A model generated the notes under the pieces. It was not told the origin of the DNA. It did no database searches and saw nothing but the letters and a program-made list of their open reading frames with translations. The position numbers and the translations under genes were made by a program. From an uncultured Candidatus Rokubacteria bacterium (GTDB lineage: Bacteria; Methylomirabilota; Methylomirabilia; Rokubacteriales; DASRDR01), in contig CAWDVE010000010.1 of assembly GCA_963805625.1 (NCBI GenBank), positions 1,824,001-1,888,000 on the forward strand: a stretch of DNA of 64,000 nucleotides. Direction: 5' to 3'. This document shows positions 37,664 to 47,990 of the stretch, piece by piece; positions within the stretch are counted from its first letter, which is position 1, and every line of letters begins with the position of its first letter.

Positions 37664-38527
37664 TCAGCGCGGCCGGCGCGCGGGCTTCCACTCCGTGACG
37701 ACGTGCCGCTGGACGCCCAAGCGATCGATCCCCATCTCGACGACGTCCCCCGGCTGGAGATAACGCGGCGGCCTGGCCCCGTGGCCCACCCCGGCGGGCG
37801 TGCCCGTGGAGATCAGGTCCCCGGGCTGAAGCGACATGAAGCGGCTCACGTAGGCCACGAGCTGGCGCACGGGAAAGACCATGTGGCGCGTGTGGCCGTT
37901 CTGCCGGCGCTCGCCGTTGACGGTGGTCCAGAGCCCGAGGGCCTGCGGATCGGGGATCTCGTCGGCGGTCACGAGCCAGGGACCCACGGGCCCGAAGGAA
38001 TCCGCGCTCTTGCCCTTGGTGGTGGTACCGCCGTGCTCCATCTGGAAGGCGCGCTCGGAGACGTCGTTGACGATGCAGTAGCCGACCACGTGGGACAGCG
38101 CCCTGGTCTCCTCCACGTAGCGCGCCTCGCGGCCGATCACCGCCGCGAGCTCCACCTCGTAGTCGAGCTTGACCGCATCCCGTGGGCGCACGATCGGGTC
38201 GTTCGGGCCGGACAGGGCGCTCGGCGCCTTGATGAAAACGGTGGGCTCCGCAGGCAGCGGGAGCGCCACCTCCTCGGCGTGATCCGTGTAGTTGAGCCCG
38301 ATGCACACCATCTTGCCGACGCCGGCCAGCGGACAGCCGAGGCGCGGGCGCCCCTTGACCACCGGCAGGCGCGCGACCTTGAGACCGCGGAGCCGCGCCA
38401 GGCCGCCCGGGGTGAGCAGCGCGGGCGTGATGTCCCTGACGGCGCGCGAGAGGTCGCGCAGGGTGCCCTCGGCGTCGACGAGCCCGGGCTTCTCGCTCCC
38501 GGCGCGACCGTAGCGGACGAGCTTCAT
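37664..38527 (-). CDS. Fumarylacetoacetate hydrolase family protein
   Basis: MKLVRYG...CIGLNY.DH, DYEVEL, NDVSER, KGKS, STGTPAGVG. Confidence 0.93.
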   Translation of the reverse strand: MKLVRYGRAGSEKPGLVDAEGTLRDLSRAVRDITPALLTPGGLARLRGLKVARLPVVKGRPRLGCPLAGVGKMVCIGLNYTDHAEEVALPLPAEPTVFIKAPSALSGPNDPIVRPRDAVKLDYEVELAAVIGREARYVEETRALSHVVGYCIVNDVSERAFQMEHGGTTTKGKSADSFGPVGPWLVTADEIPDPQALGLWTTVNGERRQNGHTRHMVFPVRQLVAYVSRFMSLQPGDLISTGTPAGVGHGARPPRYLQPGDVVEMGIDRLGVQRHVVTEWKPARRPR

Positions 38528-38648
38528 GGAGGCCTGAGGGTAGCGCGCCCCGGCCGACCTCCGCAACGGGTCAACGGCGGCAGTACGCGGGACTCGGCGC
38601 GCCAGGCAGCCGCGGCGGGCCCGCCCGCACCGGCCAGCCGGCGCGGGG

Positions 38649-40136
38649 TCAGCGCCGCCGAGCCGCCTCGATCGCCATCGCCAGGCGCTCCATGCCGCGC
38701 CTTGACGCATCGGGGCGGACGACGCCGAAGCCGAGAACGAGGCCGCTGGCGCCGCGCTCGGTCCCCGCGAAGTAAGCCGCCAGTGGCGCCGCCTCGACCC
38801 CCCGCGCGGCGGCCTCCCGCGACACGCGTACCGCGTCGACGCCGGCGACATCGGCGAGCGCGTGGAGGCCGGTCTGCACCGGCCGCACCCGCAGCACGCC
38901 GCCGCAGAACCGCTCCGCCGCCGCGACCAGGGCCTCCAGGCGCTCCCGGTACACCACCCGCATCCGCCGCAGATGACGCGCGAAGTGACCCTCGAGAATG
39001 AAGTCGGCGAGGACGGCCTGGTCGAGCGTCGGCGGGTGCTGGTCGGCGGCGGCACGGGCCGCCACCAGCCTCTCCCGGAGATCGGGCGGCACGATCAGGA
39101 AGCCGAGGCGCAGGGCCGGGAAGAGCGTCTTGCTGAAGCTCCCGACGTAGATCACGCGTCCGTCGACGTCGAGACCGTGCAGGCACGGGATCGGGCGCGC
39201 GCCGTAGCGGAACTCACTGTCGTAGTCGTCCTCGATCACCCAGGCTCGCGCCGCGCGCGCCCAGCTCAGCAGGGCGAGGCGCCGCGGCAAGCTCATCGGC
39301 ACGCCGAGCGGGTACTGGTGCGATGGCGTCACGTAGGCGAGGCGGGCGTCACCGGCGCGCCGGGCCCCCAGGGCGACGTCCAGCCCCTCGGCATCCACGG
39401 GGACGGGGACGATCCGCGCGCCCGCCGCCCGGAGGGCGCTCCGGGCTCCTGGATAGCCGGGCTCTTCCATCCACACGTGGTCGCCTGGATCCAGCAAGAG
39501 GCGGCAGACGAGCTCGAAGCCCTGCTGGGCGCCGGCCACCATCACCACCTGGTCGGCCCCGCAGCGCGTGCCTCGTGCCGTCTGGACGTGGCTCGCGATG
39601 GCCTCGCGCAAGACCCGGAGGCCCGCCGGATCGCCATAGTCGAGCTGGGCCGACGTCACGGAGCGCAGACGGCGACTGGCCAGCCGCGACCAGAGGCCGA
39701 CCGGGAACAGGTCCACGCCGGGCGTTCCGAGCCGAAAAGCCCGGGGCGGGCCGTCGAGGCGGCGCGCGCCCTCCTGCACCGCCGCCATCGCCGCGCCCCG
39801 GCGCGACAGGGTGGGATGCCTCGGTCGCGACGCCGGGCGGGCGCCGCTCCGCTCCACGAGGTCGTCCGGCAGCTCGGCAGCCACGGACGTGCCGGAGCCC
39901 CGCCGCGCGGTGAGGTATCCCTCCGCCTGGAGCTGCTGCACGGCGAGCAGCGTCGTCGTGCGCGAGACGCCGAGGTCGGTGGCCAAGGCGCGCGACGACG
40001 GGACTCGCGCCCCCGGGGCGAGGACCCCGTCGAGGATCGCTCGCCGAACGCTCCTGTAGATCTGCTGCTGCAGGCCCTCCCGGAGACGGGGGTCGAGGCG
40101 GATGAGGAAGCTCGCCGGGGACGCTGAGGTGGCCAT
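38649..40136 (-). CDS. MocR/GabR-family PLP-dependent transcriptional regulator
   Basis: GntR HTH (PSSRALA..LGVSR) plus aminotransferase domain (VTPSHQYP, EDDYDSEFRY, SFSKTLFPALR). Confidence 0.94.
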   Translation of the reverse strand: MATSASPASFLIRLDPRLREGLQQQIYRSVRRAILDGVLAPGARVPSSRALATDLGVSRTTTLLAVQQLQAEGYLTARRGSGTSVAAELPDDLVERSGARPASRPRHPTLSRRGAAMAAVQEGARRLDGPPRAFRLGTPGVDLFPVGLWSRLASRRLRSVTSAQLDYGDPAGLRVLREAIASHVQTARGTRCGADQVVMVAGAQQGFELVCRLLLDPGDHVWMEEPGYPGARSALRAAGARIVPVPVDAEGLDVALGARRAGDARLAYVTPSHQYPLGVPMSLPRRLALLSWARAARAWVIEDDYDSEFRYGARPIPCLHGLDVDGRVIYVGSFSKTLFPALRLGFLIVPPDLRERLVAARAAADQHPPTLDQAVLADFILEGHFARHLRRMRVVYRERLEALVAAAERFCGGVLRVRPVQTGLHALADVAGVDAVRVSREAAARGVEAAPLAAYFAGTERGASGLVLGFGVVRPDASRRGMERLAMAIEAARRR

Positions 40137-40282
40137 GCCGGTCGCTGGCTTTCCGACTGCTCCGATGATACCAGCCCAGGCGCGGGAAGTGGCTTCATCC
40201 CATCCCGCGCAACTGGCTCTCGGCGATCCGCGGGGACACGCCGAGAATGGCGAGTGACTTCAGCTCAAAGGAGGAATCCGGT

Positions 40283-40852
40283 ATGAGCCCACAGAGTCGT
40301 CCAGGAAGCCCACCGGCCGTAGGCCGTCCCGGTCAACTCCCGCGCAGCCAAGGTAGCCCAGCGAGCGACGACCGGTCCGACCGCGAGGGCGCCCATGACT
40401 TCGACTTCCTGCCCGGCCGGTGGCGCATCCACAACGAGCGCCTGGTGAAGCGCCTGCAAGGCTGCACGGAATGGGAGACGTTCGAGGCCACCCACCGCGC
40501 CCAGCTCCTGCCCGGCGGCCTCGGGAACATGGACGAGTTCGTCACCGATCACTGGCCCGGATTCGTCGGCATGTCGCTGCGGCTCTACAACCCGCACACG
40601 AAGAAGTGGAGCATCTACTGGGCCAACAACCAGAAGGGCGCGCTCGAGCCGCCCGTCGTCGGGTCATTCTCCAACGGCGTCGGCGTCTTCGAAGGGCACG
40701 ACGAGCTGGACGGGCGGCCCATCGTCGTCCGCTTCACGTGGTCCAACATCACGCCGACGGGGGTGCGCTGGGAGCAGGACTTCTCCCCGGACGGGGGACG
40801 AACCTGGGAGAGGAACTGGATCATGACCATGACGCGTGTAACGGAAGGGTGA
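40283..40852 (+). CDS. DUF1579-like beta-barrel protein
   Basis: HDFDFLPGRWRIHN, WSIYW, RWEQDFSPDGGRTWERNWIM; ATG after GGAGG (alternative start 40247). Confidence 0.75.
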   Translation: MSPQSRPGSPPAVGRPGQLPRSQGSPASDDRSDREGAHDFDFLPGRWRIHNERLVKRLQGCTEWETFEATHRAQLLPGGLGNMDEFVTDHWPGFVGMSLRLYNPHTKKWSIYWANNQKGALEPPVVGSFSNGVGVFEGHDELDGRPIVVRFTWSNITPTGVRWEQDFSPDGGRTWERNWIMTMTRVTEG

Positions 40853-40853
40853 C

Positions 40854-41144
40854 ATGGAGCTATTCATCTTTGCTCGCTTTCACGCGCGCCCCGGTAACGC
40901 GGATGCCGTGGCGGAAGCGCTGCGCGACGTCCTCGCTCCCTCGCGCGAGGAGCCGGGCTGCCTCAGCATTCACGATTTCCGGTCGATTCGCGACACGCAC
41001 CTGTTCTACGTTCATTCCTGCTGGACAGACGAAGCGGCGTTCGAGCGTCACGCGGGCCTGCCGCACACCGTACGCTTCCTCGCGCGCGTGGAGCCGCTGA
41101 TCGACCACCCTCTCGACGTCACCCGCGCGGAGCGAATCGGGTAG
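40854..41144 (+). CDS. Antibiotic biosynthesis monooxygenase (ABM) family protein
   Basis: SREEPGCL...W.DEAAFERHAGLPHT. Confidence 0.85.
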   Translation: MELFIFARFHARPGNADAVAEALRDVLAPSREEPGCLSIHDFRSIRDTHLFYVHSCWTDEAAFERHAGLPHTVRFLARVEPLIDHPLDVTRAERIG

Positions 41145-41207
41145 ATGTCCGTTCGGCAGTCCGAGAGCTTGGCTCGCGTGGACTAGATCGTCGAGGCGTC
41201 CCAGCAA

Positions 41208-41261
41208 CCGGAAGGTCCGGAAGGTCGAAAGGGCCCGAGGGGTCGAAAGGCCGGAAAGGCG
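41208..41261 (+). repeat. Six degenerate 9-bp tandem units
   Basis: ccggaaggt ccggaaggt cgaaagggc ccgaggggt cgaaaggcc ggaaaggcg. Confidence 0.6.
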
Positions 41262-41268
41262 AAGAACG

Positions 41269-42006
41269 ATGCAGGTCATCGAACTGCGGAACTACCTCCT
41301 CCAGCAGGGCGCGCCCTTCATCCGCTACTTCGAGGAGCACTTCCTCCTCTCCCAGCGCGCGGAGGGCATGCACCCGCTGGGACAGTTCGAGGTCGCGGGC
41401 GAACCGGACCGCTTCGTCTGGATCCGGGGCTTCGACGACATGCGGACACGCTTGCGCGGGCTGAGCGCCTTCTACAGCGGTCCCTTCTGGCAAGCCCATC
41501 GCGACGAGGCCAACGCGATGATGCTCGAGCATCACAACGTGCATCTGCTCCAGCCGCTCGGCTCGATCGCGGCCCTGACCGGCGGCGCGACGCTCGAGGA
41601 CCGGGCGTCGGAGCCGCCCGGCACCATCCCGCCGGAAACCGGGCTGGTGGTCGCGGACTTCTACCGCACCGAGCCCGCGAAGCTAGGGCGCCTCGTCGAG
41701 CTCTTCGAGCAGCGCGTGCGGCCGACCCTCCTCCAGCAAGGGCACCAGGTCCTCGGGCACTGCGTCGCGGAACTCCGGCCCAACGACTATCCGAGACTCC
41801 CGGTCATCCAGGACCCCTCCCTCCTCGTCGTCCTCTCCGCCTACCGCGATCGCGAGCGCTGCGCCACCATGCGACACGACTGGCGCAGCGGCGGCCCGGT
41901 CCTGCAGGGAGGCATGCAGCCGCTTCTGACCGGACAGGTAGAGTCCATCTATCTGCGGCCGACCGCCAGGTCGCTGATTCGCTACCACGGTGACGGGGCG
42001 CCCTAG
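41269..42006 (+). CDS. NIPSNAP family protein
   Basis: VIELRNY, DRFVWIRGF, FYSGPFW..HR..ANA.M, LRPTARS. Confidence 0.8.
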   Translation: MQVIELRNYLLQQGAPFIRYFEEHFLLSQRAEGMHPLGQFEVAGEPDRFVWIRGFDDMRTRLRGLSAFYSGPFWQAHRDEANAMMLEHHNVHLLQPLGSIAALTGGATLEDRASEPPGTIPPETGLVVADFYRTEPAKLGRLVELFEQRVRPTLLQQGHQVLGHCVAELRPNDYPRLPVIQDPSLLVVLSAYRDRERCATMRHDWRSGGPVLQGGMQPLLTGQVESIYLRPTARSLIRYHGDGAP

Positions 42007-43025
42007 GAACCGGTGACGCGGAGCGAGCCGCCGTCGGGCAGGAAGCCCGAGCCGACCACGAGGCGTCGTCCGCCCGCGCTCTCCCCCTCGAGATGGCCGG
42101 TGACGAGAATCCGCTCGCCCGCCTCCGCGGCGCTCGAGTACAGGCCCTCGAAGGCCACGATTTCCTCGAGGGACCCCGGTCCCCCTTCGTGCCAGCGCAC
42201 GTCTCCAACCCGGTACACGGCCGGGAGGAACATGGCCTCGCCCGCATCGGTCACGCGCGCCTCCACAACTGCGCGCCCGAGGGGTGCGTAGCGGCGGTCG
42301 CCATAGGCTTCGCGGATCTCGTGGGCCGCGCGCGTCGGATGGAGGGAGACGTAGCGCCCGCGGAAGAGCCGGTAGTGCCAGCGTCGCGCCTCGAGGTCCG
42401 CCACCCACTCCGGTTCGAGCCCGAAGCGGGCCGCCGTGTCGGCGCGCCACTGGGCCCGCCGGTCGTCGGGAAGCCGCACCAGCCCCTCGCGCCCGAGGCC
42501 ATCGATCACCGCCCGGAGTCGCCGGGCGTTCTCGGCTCCGTATACCAGGAGATCGATGTCCGAGAACTCCGGGTTGTGGAGGCCGAGGAGGATGGACCCC
42601 GAGACTCCGAAGGCCTCGAGAGGCAGGCCGGCCGCCCCGGCCAGGAGCGTCGCCAGATCCCGGGTCTCGCGCTCGAGCGCATCCGCGGGATCGGCCACGA
42701 TCTCCGCCAGCCGGCGCTCGGGGACGTAGTAGCGAGCGACGGCGTCCGCGGGAACGTGGGAAAACCGGAGCCCCGTGGCGGGGTCGGTCCAGAGGTACCG
42801 CGGGTGCTCGGCCTCAAGCCATTCCAGCGTCCGGCGGACGTGGCGGACGTGATAGTAGGGCAGCTCACGCCGGTAGGCGACGGCGCCGCGCGCCCACTTC
42901 CCGGCGCTGGCGGGCGTGTACTTGAGGTAGGCGGCATAGCGGCCGGGCGGATGAACGTAGCCCACCACGCAGAAGAAGAGCCCGTCGGTCGTCTCGACGA
43001 AGTCCCGGTCTTTGGGCGGCCTCAC
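42003..43025 (-). CDS. Pol-beta-superfamily nucleotidyltransferase, COG1665-like
   Basis: DRDFVET.DGL.F.VVGY.HP..RY.AYLKY; GVSGSILLGLHN..FSDIDLLVYG (GS...DxD); C-terminal OB-like part. Confidence 0.75.
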   Translation of the reverse strand: MRPPKDRDFVETTDGLFFCVVGYVHPPGRYAAYLKYTPASAGKWARGAVAYRRELPYYHVRHVRRTLEWLEAEHPRYLWTDPATGLRFSHVPADAVARYYVPERRLAEIVADPADALERETRDLATLLAGAAGLPLEAFGVSGSILLGLHNPEFSDIDLLVYGAENARRLRAVIDGLGREGLVRLPDDRRAQWRADTAARFGLEPEWVADLEARRWHYRLFRGRYVSLHPTRAAHEIREAYGDRRYAPLGRAVVEARVTDAGEAMFLPAVYRVGDVRWHEGGPGSLEEIVAFEGLYSSAAEAGERILVTGHLEGESAGGRRLVVGSGFLPDGGSLRVTGS

Positions 43026-43239
43026 CCTCAGGATGCTACCGCTCCCGCGGAACGGTTGTCACGTGCCGGCCGTCGAGGCGGTTCCGTACCGGTGCCCTCG
43101 TCCTGAGCGACGGGCGGCAGGCTGCGAGCGCGGTGACCTTCATGGCTCGTGGAGCGCATTGCGCTACACTCTGCCCCGGTGCGTGTGACGTCGTCCGATC
43201 GATGTGCCCGCCGTGGTCCTGCAGCGATCCGGGATCGCG

Positions 43240-44160
43240 ATGGCTGATCCGACCACGGCCGCCACCCGGCCCGCCGACGCGTCTCGAGCCAGTCGAGGCC
43301 TCGGCTTCGCACTCGCTCTCAGCGCGACGGCCTTCTGGAGCCTGGCCGGAATCCTGATTCGCCTCATCGGGGAGGCGACGAGCTGGCACATCATCCTCTA
43401 TCGCTCGCTCGGGGCGACGGTCATGGTGGGGAGCATGCTCGCCATCGTCCACCGCGGGCGCATCGCCCAGACGATCCGCCACGCCGGCTGGCCCGCGGTC
43501 CTGGCGGGCGTCTGCTCGAGCGCGTCCTCGGTCCTGTTCATCCTGGCGCTCGGCCGCGTCACGGTGGCGAACGCGACCTTCATGGGTGGCATCACCCCCT
43601 TCCTCACCGCGATCGGCGCCCAGGCATTCCTGGGCGAGCGCGTCCCCCGCCGCGCCTGGGGCGCGATGGCCCTGGCGACCATCGGGGTCGCCCTCATGCT
43701 GGGAGGCGGCCTGGCCCTCGGTCGGCTCTCCGGAAACCTCCTCGCGCTGGGCTCCGCCGTGGCCTTCGCGGGCCACGCCCTCTTTCTGCGATTCAACCGG
43801 CAGAGCGACATGCTACCGGCGGTGCTCTACGCGGGGCTGTTCGGCATGCTCTTCGGTCTCCTGGCGCTGGGCGTCGCGGGCATGTCACCTCGCATCCCGC
43901 CCCGAGATCTCGGCCTCGCGCTCGCGATGGGCGTAGTCCAGCTCGGCGGCGGCCTGGTGCTCTACACGCGTGCCTCGCGCCACCTTCCGGCCGCGGAGCT
44001 CCAGCTCGTCGCCACGGCCGAGCTGGTCCTCGCCCCTCTCTGGGTCTGGATCGGCGTGGGCGAGGCACCCGGCGTGGCGACGCTCGTGGGCGGGAGCCTC
44101 GTCATCCTGGCGATCCTGGCGCAGGCGCTCGGCGCCCGGGAACGGCTCTCCGTGCGCTGA
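43240..44160 (+). CDS. DMT/EamA family transporter
   Basis: About 10 hydrophobic helices; FLGER, ELVLAPLWVW..GE.P. Confidence 0.9.
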   Translation: MADPTTAATRPADASRASRGLGFALALSATAFWSLAGILIRLIGEATSWHIILYRSLGATVMVGSMLAIVHRGRIAQTIRHAGWPAVLAGVCSSASSVLFILALGRVTVANATFMGGITPFLTAIGAQAFLGERVPRRAWGAMALATIGVALMLGGGLALGRLSGNLLALGSAVAFAGHALFLRFNRQSDMLPAVLYAGLFGMLFGLLALGVAGMSPRIPPRDLGLALAMGVVQLGGGLVLYTRASRHLPAAELQLVATAELVLAPLWVWIGVGEAPGVATLVGGSLVILAILAQALGARERLSVR

Positions 44161-44204
44161 GCGCCGAGGTCAGCGGCGCGCGCCGCCGCGCAGGCGCCGC
44201 GCTC

Positions 44205-44234
44205 TTGACAGGGTCCAATCCGACCGCGCACCAT
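44205..44234 (+). promoter_or_regulatory. Sigma70-like promoter, probably leaderless transcript
   Basis: TTGACA (44205-44210), 18 nt, CACCAT (44229-44234), 6 nt, then ATG 44241 with no RBS. Confidence 0.5.
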
Positions 44235-44240
44235 CGCGGT

Positions 44241-45899
44241 ATGACGACGACCAGCGACGCCGCGAGGTACATGGAGCTTCGGTCAAGCATCGCCGCCATG
44301 CTGACCGTGCCGGTGCGCTTCAACTTCGTGATCGACACGTTCGAGAAGTGGTCCTCGGACCGCCTCTGCATGCGCTGGGTCGACGATTCCGGCGGGGATC
44401 GGCAAATCTCCTGGAAGGAGATGTCCGACCGCGCGAACCGCGTCGTCAACGTCTTTCGCGCCGGCGGAGTGAAGAAGGGTGATCGCGTCTTCATCCAGGT
44501 GGGCCGCCTCCCGGAGTGGTGGGAGGCGATGCTCGCCTGCCTCAAGATGGGCGCGATCGCCATGCCGGGCACGGTCATGCTCACCCCGAAGGACATCGCC
44601 TATCGCATGGAGCTGTCGGAGCCCGCGGCCGTGGTGACCGAGGCATCGATCGCGCCGAGGTTCGACGAGGTGCGCGGCAAGTCGGGCTCGGTCAAGGCCT
44701 ATCTCGCGATCGGCGGCAAGCCGGACGGGTGGCTGGACTTCCGCGGGGAGCGCGACGGGGCGCCGGCGACGGCGCCGGCGGAGCCGACCCTCGCCACCGA
44801 TCCAGCGATCCTCTACTTCACCTCGGGTACCACCGGCTTCGCGAAGATGGTGCTCCACACGCAGGCGTCCTACGGGATCGGTCACGTCGCGACCACCAGG
44901 TACTGGCTCGACCTGGCGGCGGAGGACCTTCACTGGAACATCTCCGACACCGGCTGGGCGAAAGCCGCGTGGAGCTCCTTCTTCTCGCCGTTCATCGCGG
45001 GAGCGGCGCAGCTCGTCCACAACCCGACCGGCGCGTTCAGCGGCAAGCGGGTGCTCGACATCCTCGCGCAGTACCCGATCACGAGCATGTGCGGCGCGCC
45101 GACGATCTTCCGGGCGCTCGTGCTCGAGGATCTCCGGAGGTGGACCTTCCCGAGCCTCCGGAGCTGCGTCGCGGCCGGGGAGCCGCTCAACCCCGAGGTG
45201 ATCGCGACCTGGAAGGCCGCCACCGGGCTCGAGATCCGCGACGGCTACGGGCAGACCGAGACGTGCTGCCTGGTCGGCAACTACAAGGGGCTCAAGGTCA
45301 AGCCCGGATCGATGGGCAAGCCTTCACCGGGCTACGACATCGCCATCATCGGCGACGACGGGAGGCCGGTCGCCGCGGGGAAGGAAGGCGACATCGGCGT
45401 GCGGATCAAGCCGGCGCGGCCGGTCGGCCTCTTCCGCGAGTACTGGAAGAACGAGCAAGCGAACCGGAGCTCCGTGCGCGGCAATTACTACATCACCGGC
45501 GACCGCGGCGTGATGGACGAGGACGGCTACATCTGGTTCGTGGGCCGGGCCGACGACGTCATCCTCAGCGCCGGCTACCGCATCGGCCCGTTCGAGGTGG
45601 AAAGCGCGCTCCTCGAGCACGCGTCGGTCGCCGAGTCCGCCGTCGTCTCGAGCCCGGACGACATCCGCGGGGAGATCGTGAAGGCCTTCGTCGTCCTCAA
45701 GTCCGGCTTCACCGCCTCGGACGCCCTCGCGGTCGAGCTCCAGGACCACTGCAAGAAGGTGACCGCCGCGTACAAGTACCCGCGGAAGATCGACTTCGTG
45801 ACGGCGCTACCGAAGACGGTCAGCGGCAAGATCCGCCGCATCGAGCTCCGGAACCGCGAATGGGGGCGGCCGATCCCGGCGAGCAACGAGCGCGAGTAG
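44241..45899 (+). CDS. Medium-chain acyl-CoA synthetase (ACSM-like)
   Basis: YFTSGTTGFAK, DGYGQTE, TGD, GRADD, GYRIGPFEVES, LPKTVSGKIRR. Confidence 0.93.
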   Translation: MTTTSDAARYMELRSSIAAMLTVPVRFNFVIDTFEKWSSDRLCMRWVDDSGGDRQISWKEMSDRANRVVNVFRAGGVKKGDRVFIQVGRLPEWWEAMLACLKMGAIAMPGTVMLTPKDIAYRMELSEPAAVVTEASIAPRFDEVRGKSGSVKAYLAIGGKPDGWLDFRGERDGAPATAPAEPTLATDPAILYFTSGTTGFAKMVLHTQASYGIGHVATTRYWLDLAAEDLHWNISDTGWAKAAWSSFFSPFIAGAAQLVHNPTGAFSGKRVLDILAQYPITSMCGAPTIFRALVLEDLRRWTFPSLRSCVAAGEPLNPEVIATWKAATGLEIRDGYGQTETCCLVGNYKGLKVKPGSMGKPSPGYDIAIIGDDGRPVAAGKEGDIGVRIKPARPVGLFREYWKNEQANRSSVRGNYYITGDRGVMDEDGYIWFVGRADDVILSAGYRIGPFEVESALLEHASVAESAVVSSPDDIRGEIVKAFVVLKSGFTASDALAVELQDHCKKVTAAYKYPRKIDFVTALPKTVSGKIRRIELRNREWGRPIPASNERE

Positions 45900-45959
45900 C
45901 ACCCGCAGCCGCGAGCCGTGGCTGGCTCAATATCTGGCTTCATCGTGAGGATCGCGTGC

Positions 45960-46123
45960 GCGCTCGAAGTGCGCCCACGCGGCGGCCCGGAGATCACGCT
46001 GAGGCGGACGTTCCGCCCGAGTACGATCGTGCCGATGGCGCGCAGGTGCCGCCGACCGCCGACAACGAGGCGGGCTGGCGATCGTCGCTCGCGAAGCTCG
46101 CCACCCTCGTCGAGTCGGCCTAG
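45960..46123 (+). pseudogene. Remnant of an SRPBCC (AHSA1-like) gene
   Basis: C-terminal PPTADNEAGWRSSLAKLATLVESA*; an N-terminal-like ITLRRTF lies just upstream in another frame. Confidence 0.4.
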
Positions 46124-46168
46124 AAATCGTGCGACTTGGGCCTCGCCACGCGATCGACCGCGACGGCC

Positions 46169-46678
46169 ATGACTAGCGAACCCTTCTCCGTTCGTTCTGT
46201 CCGCTTTCCCGCTGAGTACGGCGCGCCGGGAGGACCGGACAGCCTTCTCCCCTGGAGCTACGTCGAGGAGCGTCTTCGGGCCGCGTCGAACTACTGGATA
46301 ACGACCATTGGTCCCGACGCGCGGCCGCACGCGCGGCCCGTCGATGGCGTCTGGGTCGACGGCGCGCTCTCCTTCGGCGGATCGCCGGGGACGCGCTGGG
46401 TGCGCAACCTGATGGCCGACCCCTCGATCTCCGTCCATCTCTCGAGCGAAGCCGAGGCGATCATCCTCGAAGGCACGGCCGAACACGTCACGGACCCTTC
46501 ACATCCCCTCGCCGCGCCATCCATGGCTGCGTCGAAGGAGAAGTACCCCCAGTACTACTCCGGAGATGAGTTGCCATTCCGGCCGTTCTGGGCGCTCCGG
46601 CCCACCACGGCCTTTGCGTGGACCCTCGAGGGCTTCCCACGAGGTGCTACTCGCTGGCGCTTCGAGAATAGAGCCTAA
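46169..46678 (+). CDS. Pyridoxamine 5'-phosphate oxidase-like (split-barrel flavin-binding) protein
   Basis: LLPWS.VEERL...NYWITT..PDARPHARPVDGVW, ATRW.F. Confidence 0.85.
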   Translation: MTSEPFSVRSVRFPAEYGAPGGPDSLLPWSYVEERLRAASNYWITTIGPDARPHARPVDGVWVDGALSFGGSPGTRWVRNLMADPSISVHLSSEAEAIILEGTAEHVTDPSHPLAAPSMAASKEKYPQYYSGDELPFRPFWALRPTTAFAWTLEGFPRGATRWRFENRA

Positions 46679-46739
46679 CCAAGCATCCTGCCGTCCGCCC
46701 CGCCTTTGCCGCTTGAGTCAGAGGAATCGCCACTACGTG

Positions 46740-47852
46740 TCATTTCGGCCGGGTCGCTGCCGCGTGACGCGCAAACTTGGGCATCACCTCGGTCGCCAGG
46801 AGCTCCATCGAGCGGCGCCAGAGCTTGGGCTGGTCCCAGTCGTGGCCGCCCATCAGCAAAGTGCCAAAGTGGCCGGTCTCCTCCCGCAGGGAGACGAGTT
46901 GGTCGAGAACGCGGCGAGGACTTCCGGCGATGATCAGGGTGCGCTTGATCGCGTCGACCGTGACGTCCTCGTCCGGCATCTCGAGATGGGACTTGACCAT
47001 GAACAGCGCCTTCCGGAGATGGCCGAAGGAGAACAGGAACCACCGGTAGTAGTACGTGAGCCCGCTCCCGGGGTCGGCGAGGTAGTCCTCGGCCTCCGCG
47101 TCTGTCTCCGTCACCAGCACGCTGCGCGAGACCCGCCACACGTCGGGATCGGGCCGCCGGCCGACCGCCTCGCACCCCTCGGCATACCTCTCCCAGTGAC
47201 CCCGGAGGTAGCGCCGGTGGAAGAACTGGCCCGAGATCGGGATCCATCCGCGCTCCCCGGCCGTCCGGGCGCTCGCGGAGTTTGGCGTGAGAAGCGAGAG
47301 CGCGATGGGTGGATGCGGCTGCTGATACGGCCGCGGGACGGCGCCGACCTTGAACTCGGGGTACACGTGGTTGCTGAGCGAGATCTTCCAGAACTGGCCC
47401 GCGATGTCGTAGGGCGGCTCCGCGCTCCAGAGCTTGAGGATCGCGTCGATCGACTCGAGCATCATCTGGGGCCGCAGCTCGGCCTGGGTGACGCCGAACA
47501 GCTCGAAGTCGCTCACGAGGCCTCCCGGGCCGATGCCCATGATGAAGCGCCCGCGGCAGAGGTGGTCGAACATCGCCGCGTACCCTGCCACGGTGGCCGG
47601 GTGCATCTGGGGCAGGTTGAGGACGCCCGTGCCGAAGGTGATCCGCTCGGTGCGCGGGACGAGCGTGGCCAGGAAGATCAGCGGCGAGGTGATGGGCTCG
47701 CTCAAGGAGGAGAAGTGTTCGCCCACGAAGGCCTCGGTGAAGCCGAGGCGGTCCGCCAGCACGATGGCCTCCTGATCCTCGGCGAGGACGGCCCCGTAGT
47801 CCCGGTCGTGTGGGTGGAACGGCATCATGAACATCCCGAGCTTCACGCTCAT
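46740..47852 (-). CDS. LLM-class flavin-dependent oxidoreductase
   Basis: LGMFMMPFH, ADRLGFTEAFVGEH, GTGVLNLP, GIGPGGL.SD, PYQQPHPPI. Confidence 0.9.
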   Translation of the reverse strand: MSVKLGMFMMPFHPHDRDYGAVLAEDQEAIVLADRLGFTEAFVGEHFSSLSEPITSPLIFLATLVPRTERITFGTGVLNLPQMHPATVAGYAAMFDHLCRGRFIMGIGPGGLVSDFELFGVTQAELRPQMMLESIDAILKLWSAEPPYDIAGQFWKISLSNHVYPEFKVGAVPRPYQQPHPPIALSLLTPNSASARTAGERGWIPISGQFFHRRYLRGHWERYAEGCEAVGRRPDPDVWRVSRSVLVTETDAEAEDYLADPGSGLTYYYRWFLFSFGHLRKALFMVKSHLEMPDEDVTVDAIKRTLIIAGSPRRVLDQLVSLREETGHFGTLLMGGHDWDQPKLWRRSMELLATEVMPKFARHAAATRPK

Positions 47853-47990
47853 CGGCCCCCCTATCCGAGTTCGCCCTTGCGGCCCTCGGACCCGCGCCGG
47901 GTTCCCGTTGCTGGCCTACCACGCCGTGCTCGGCGCGCATGCGGTGTGGTCGCCGGTCACTCGTGCCAGCGCCGGCGGTCAGCGACGGGG

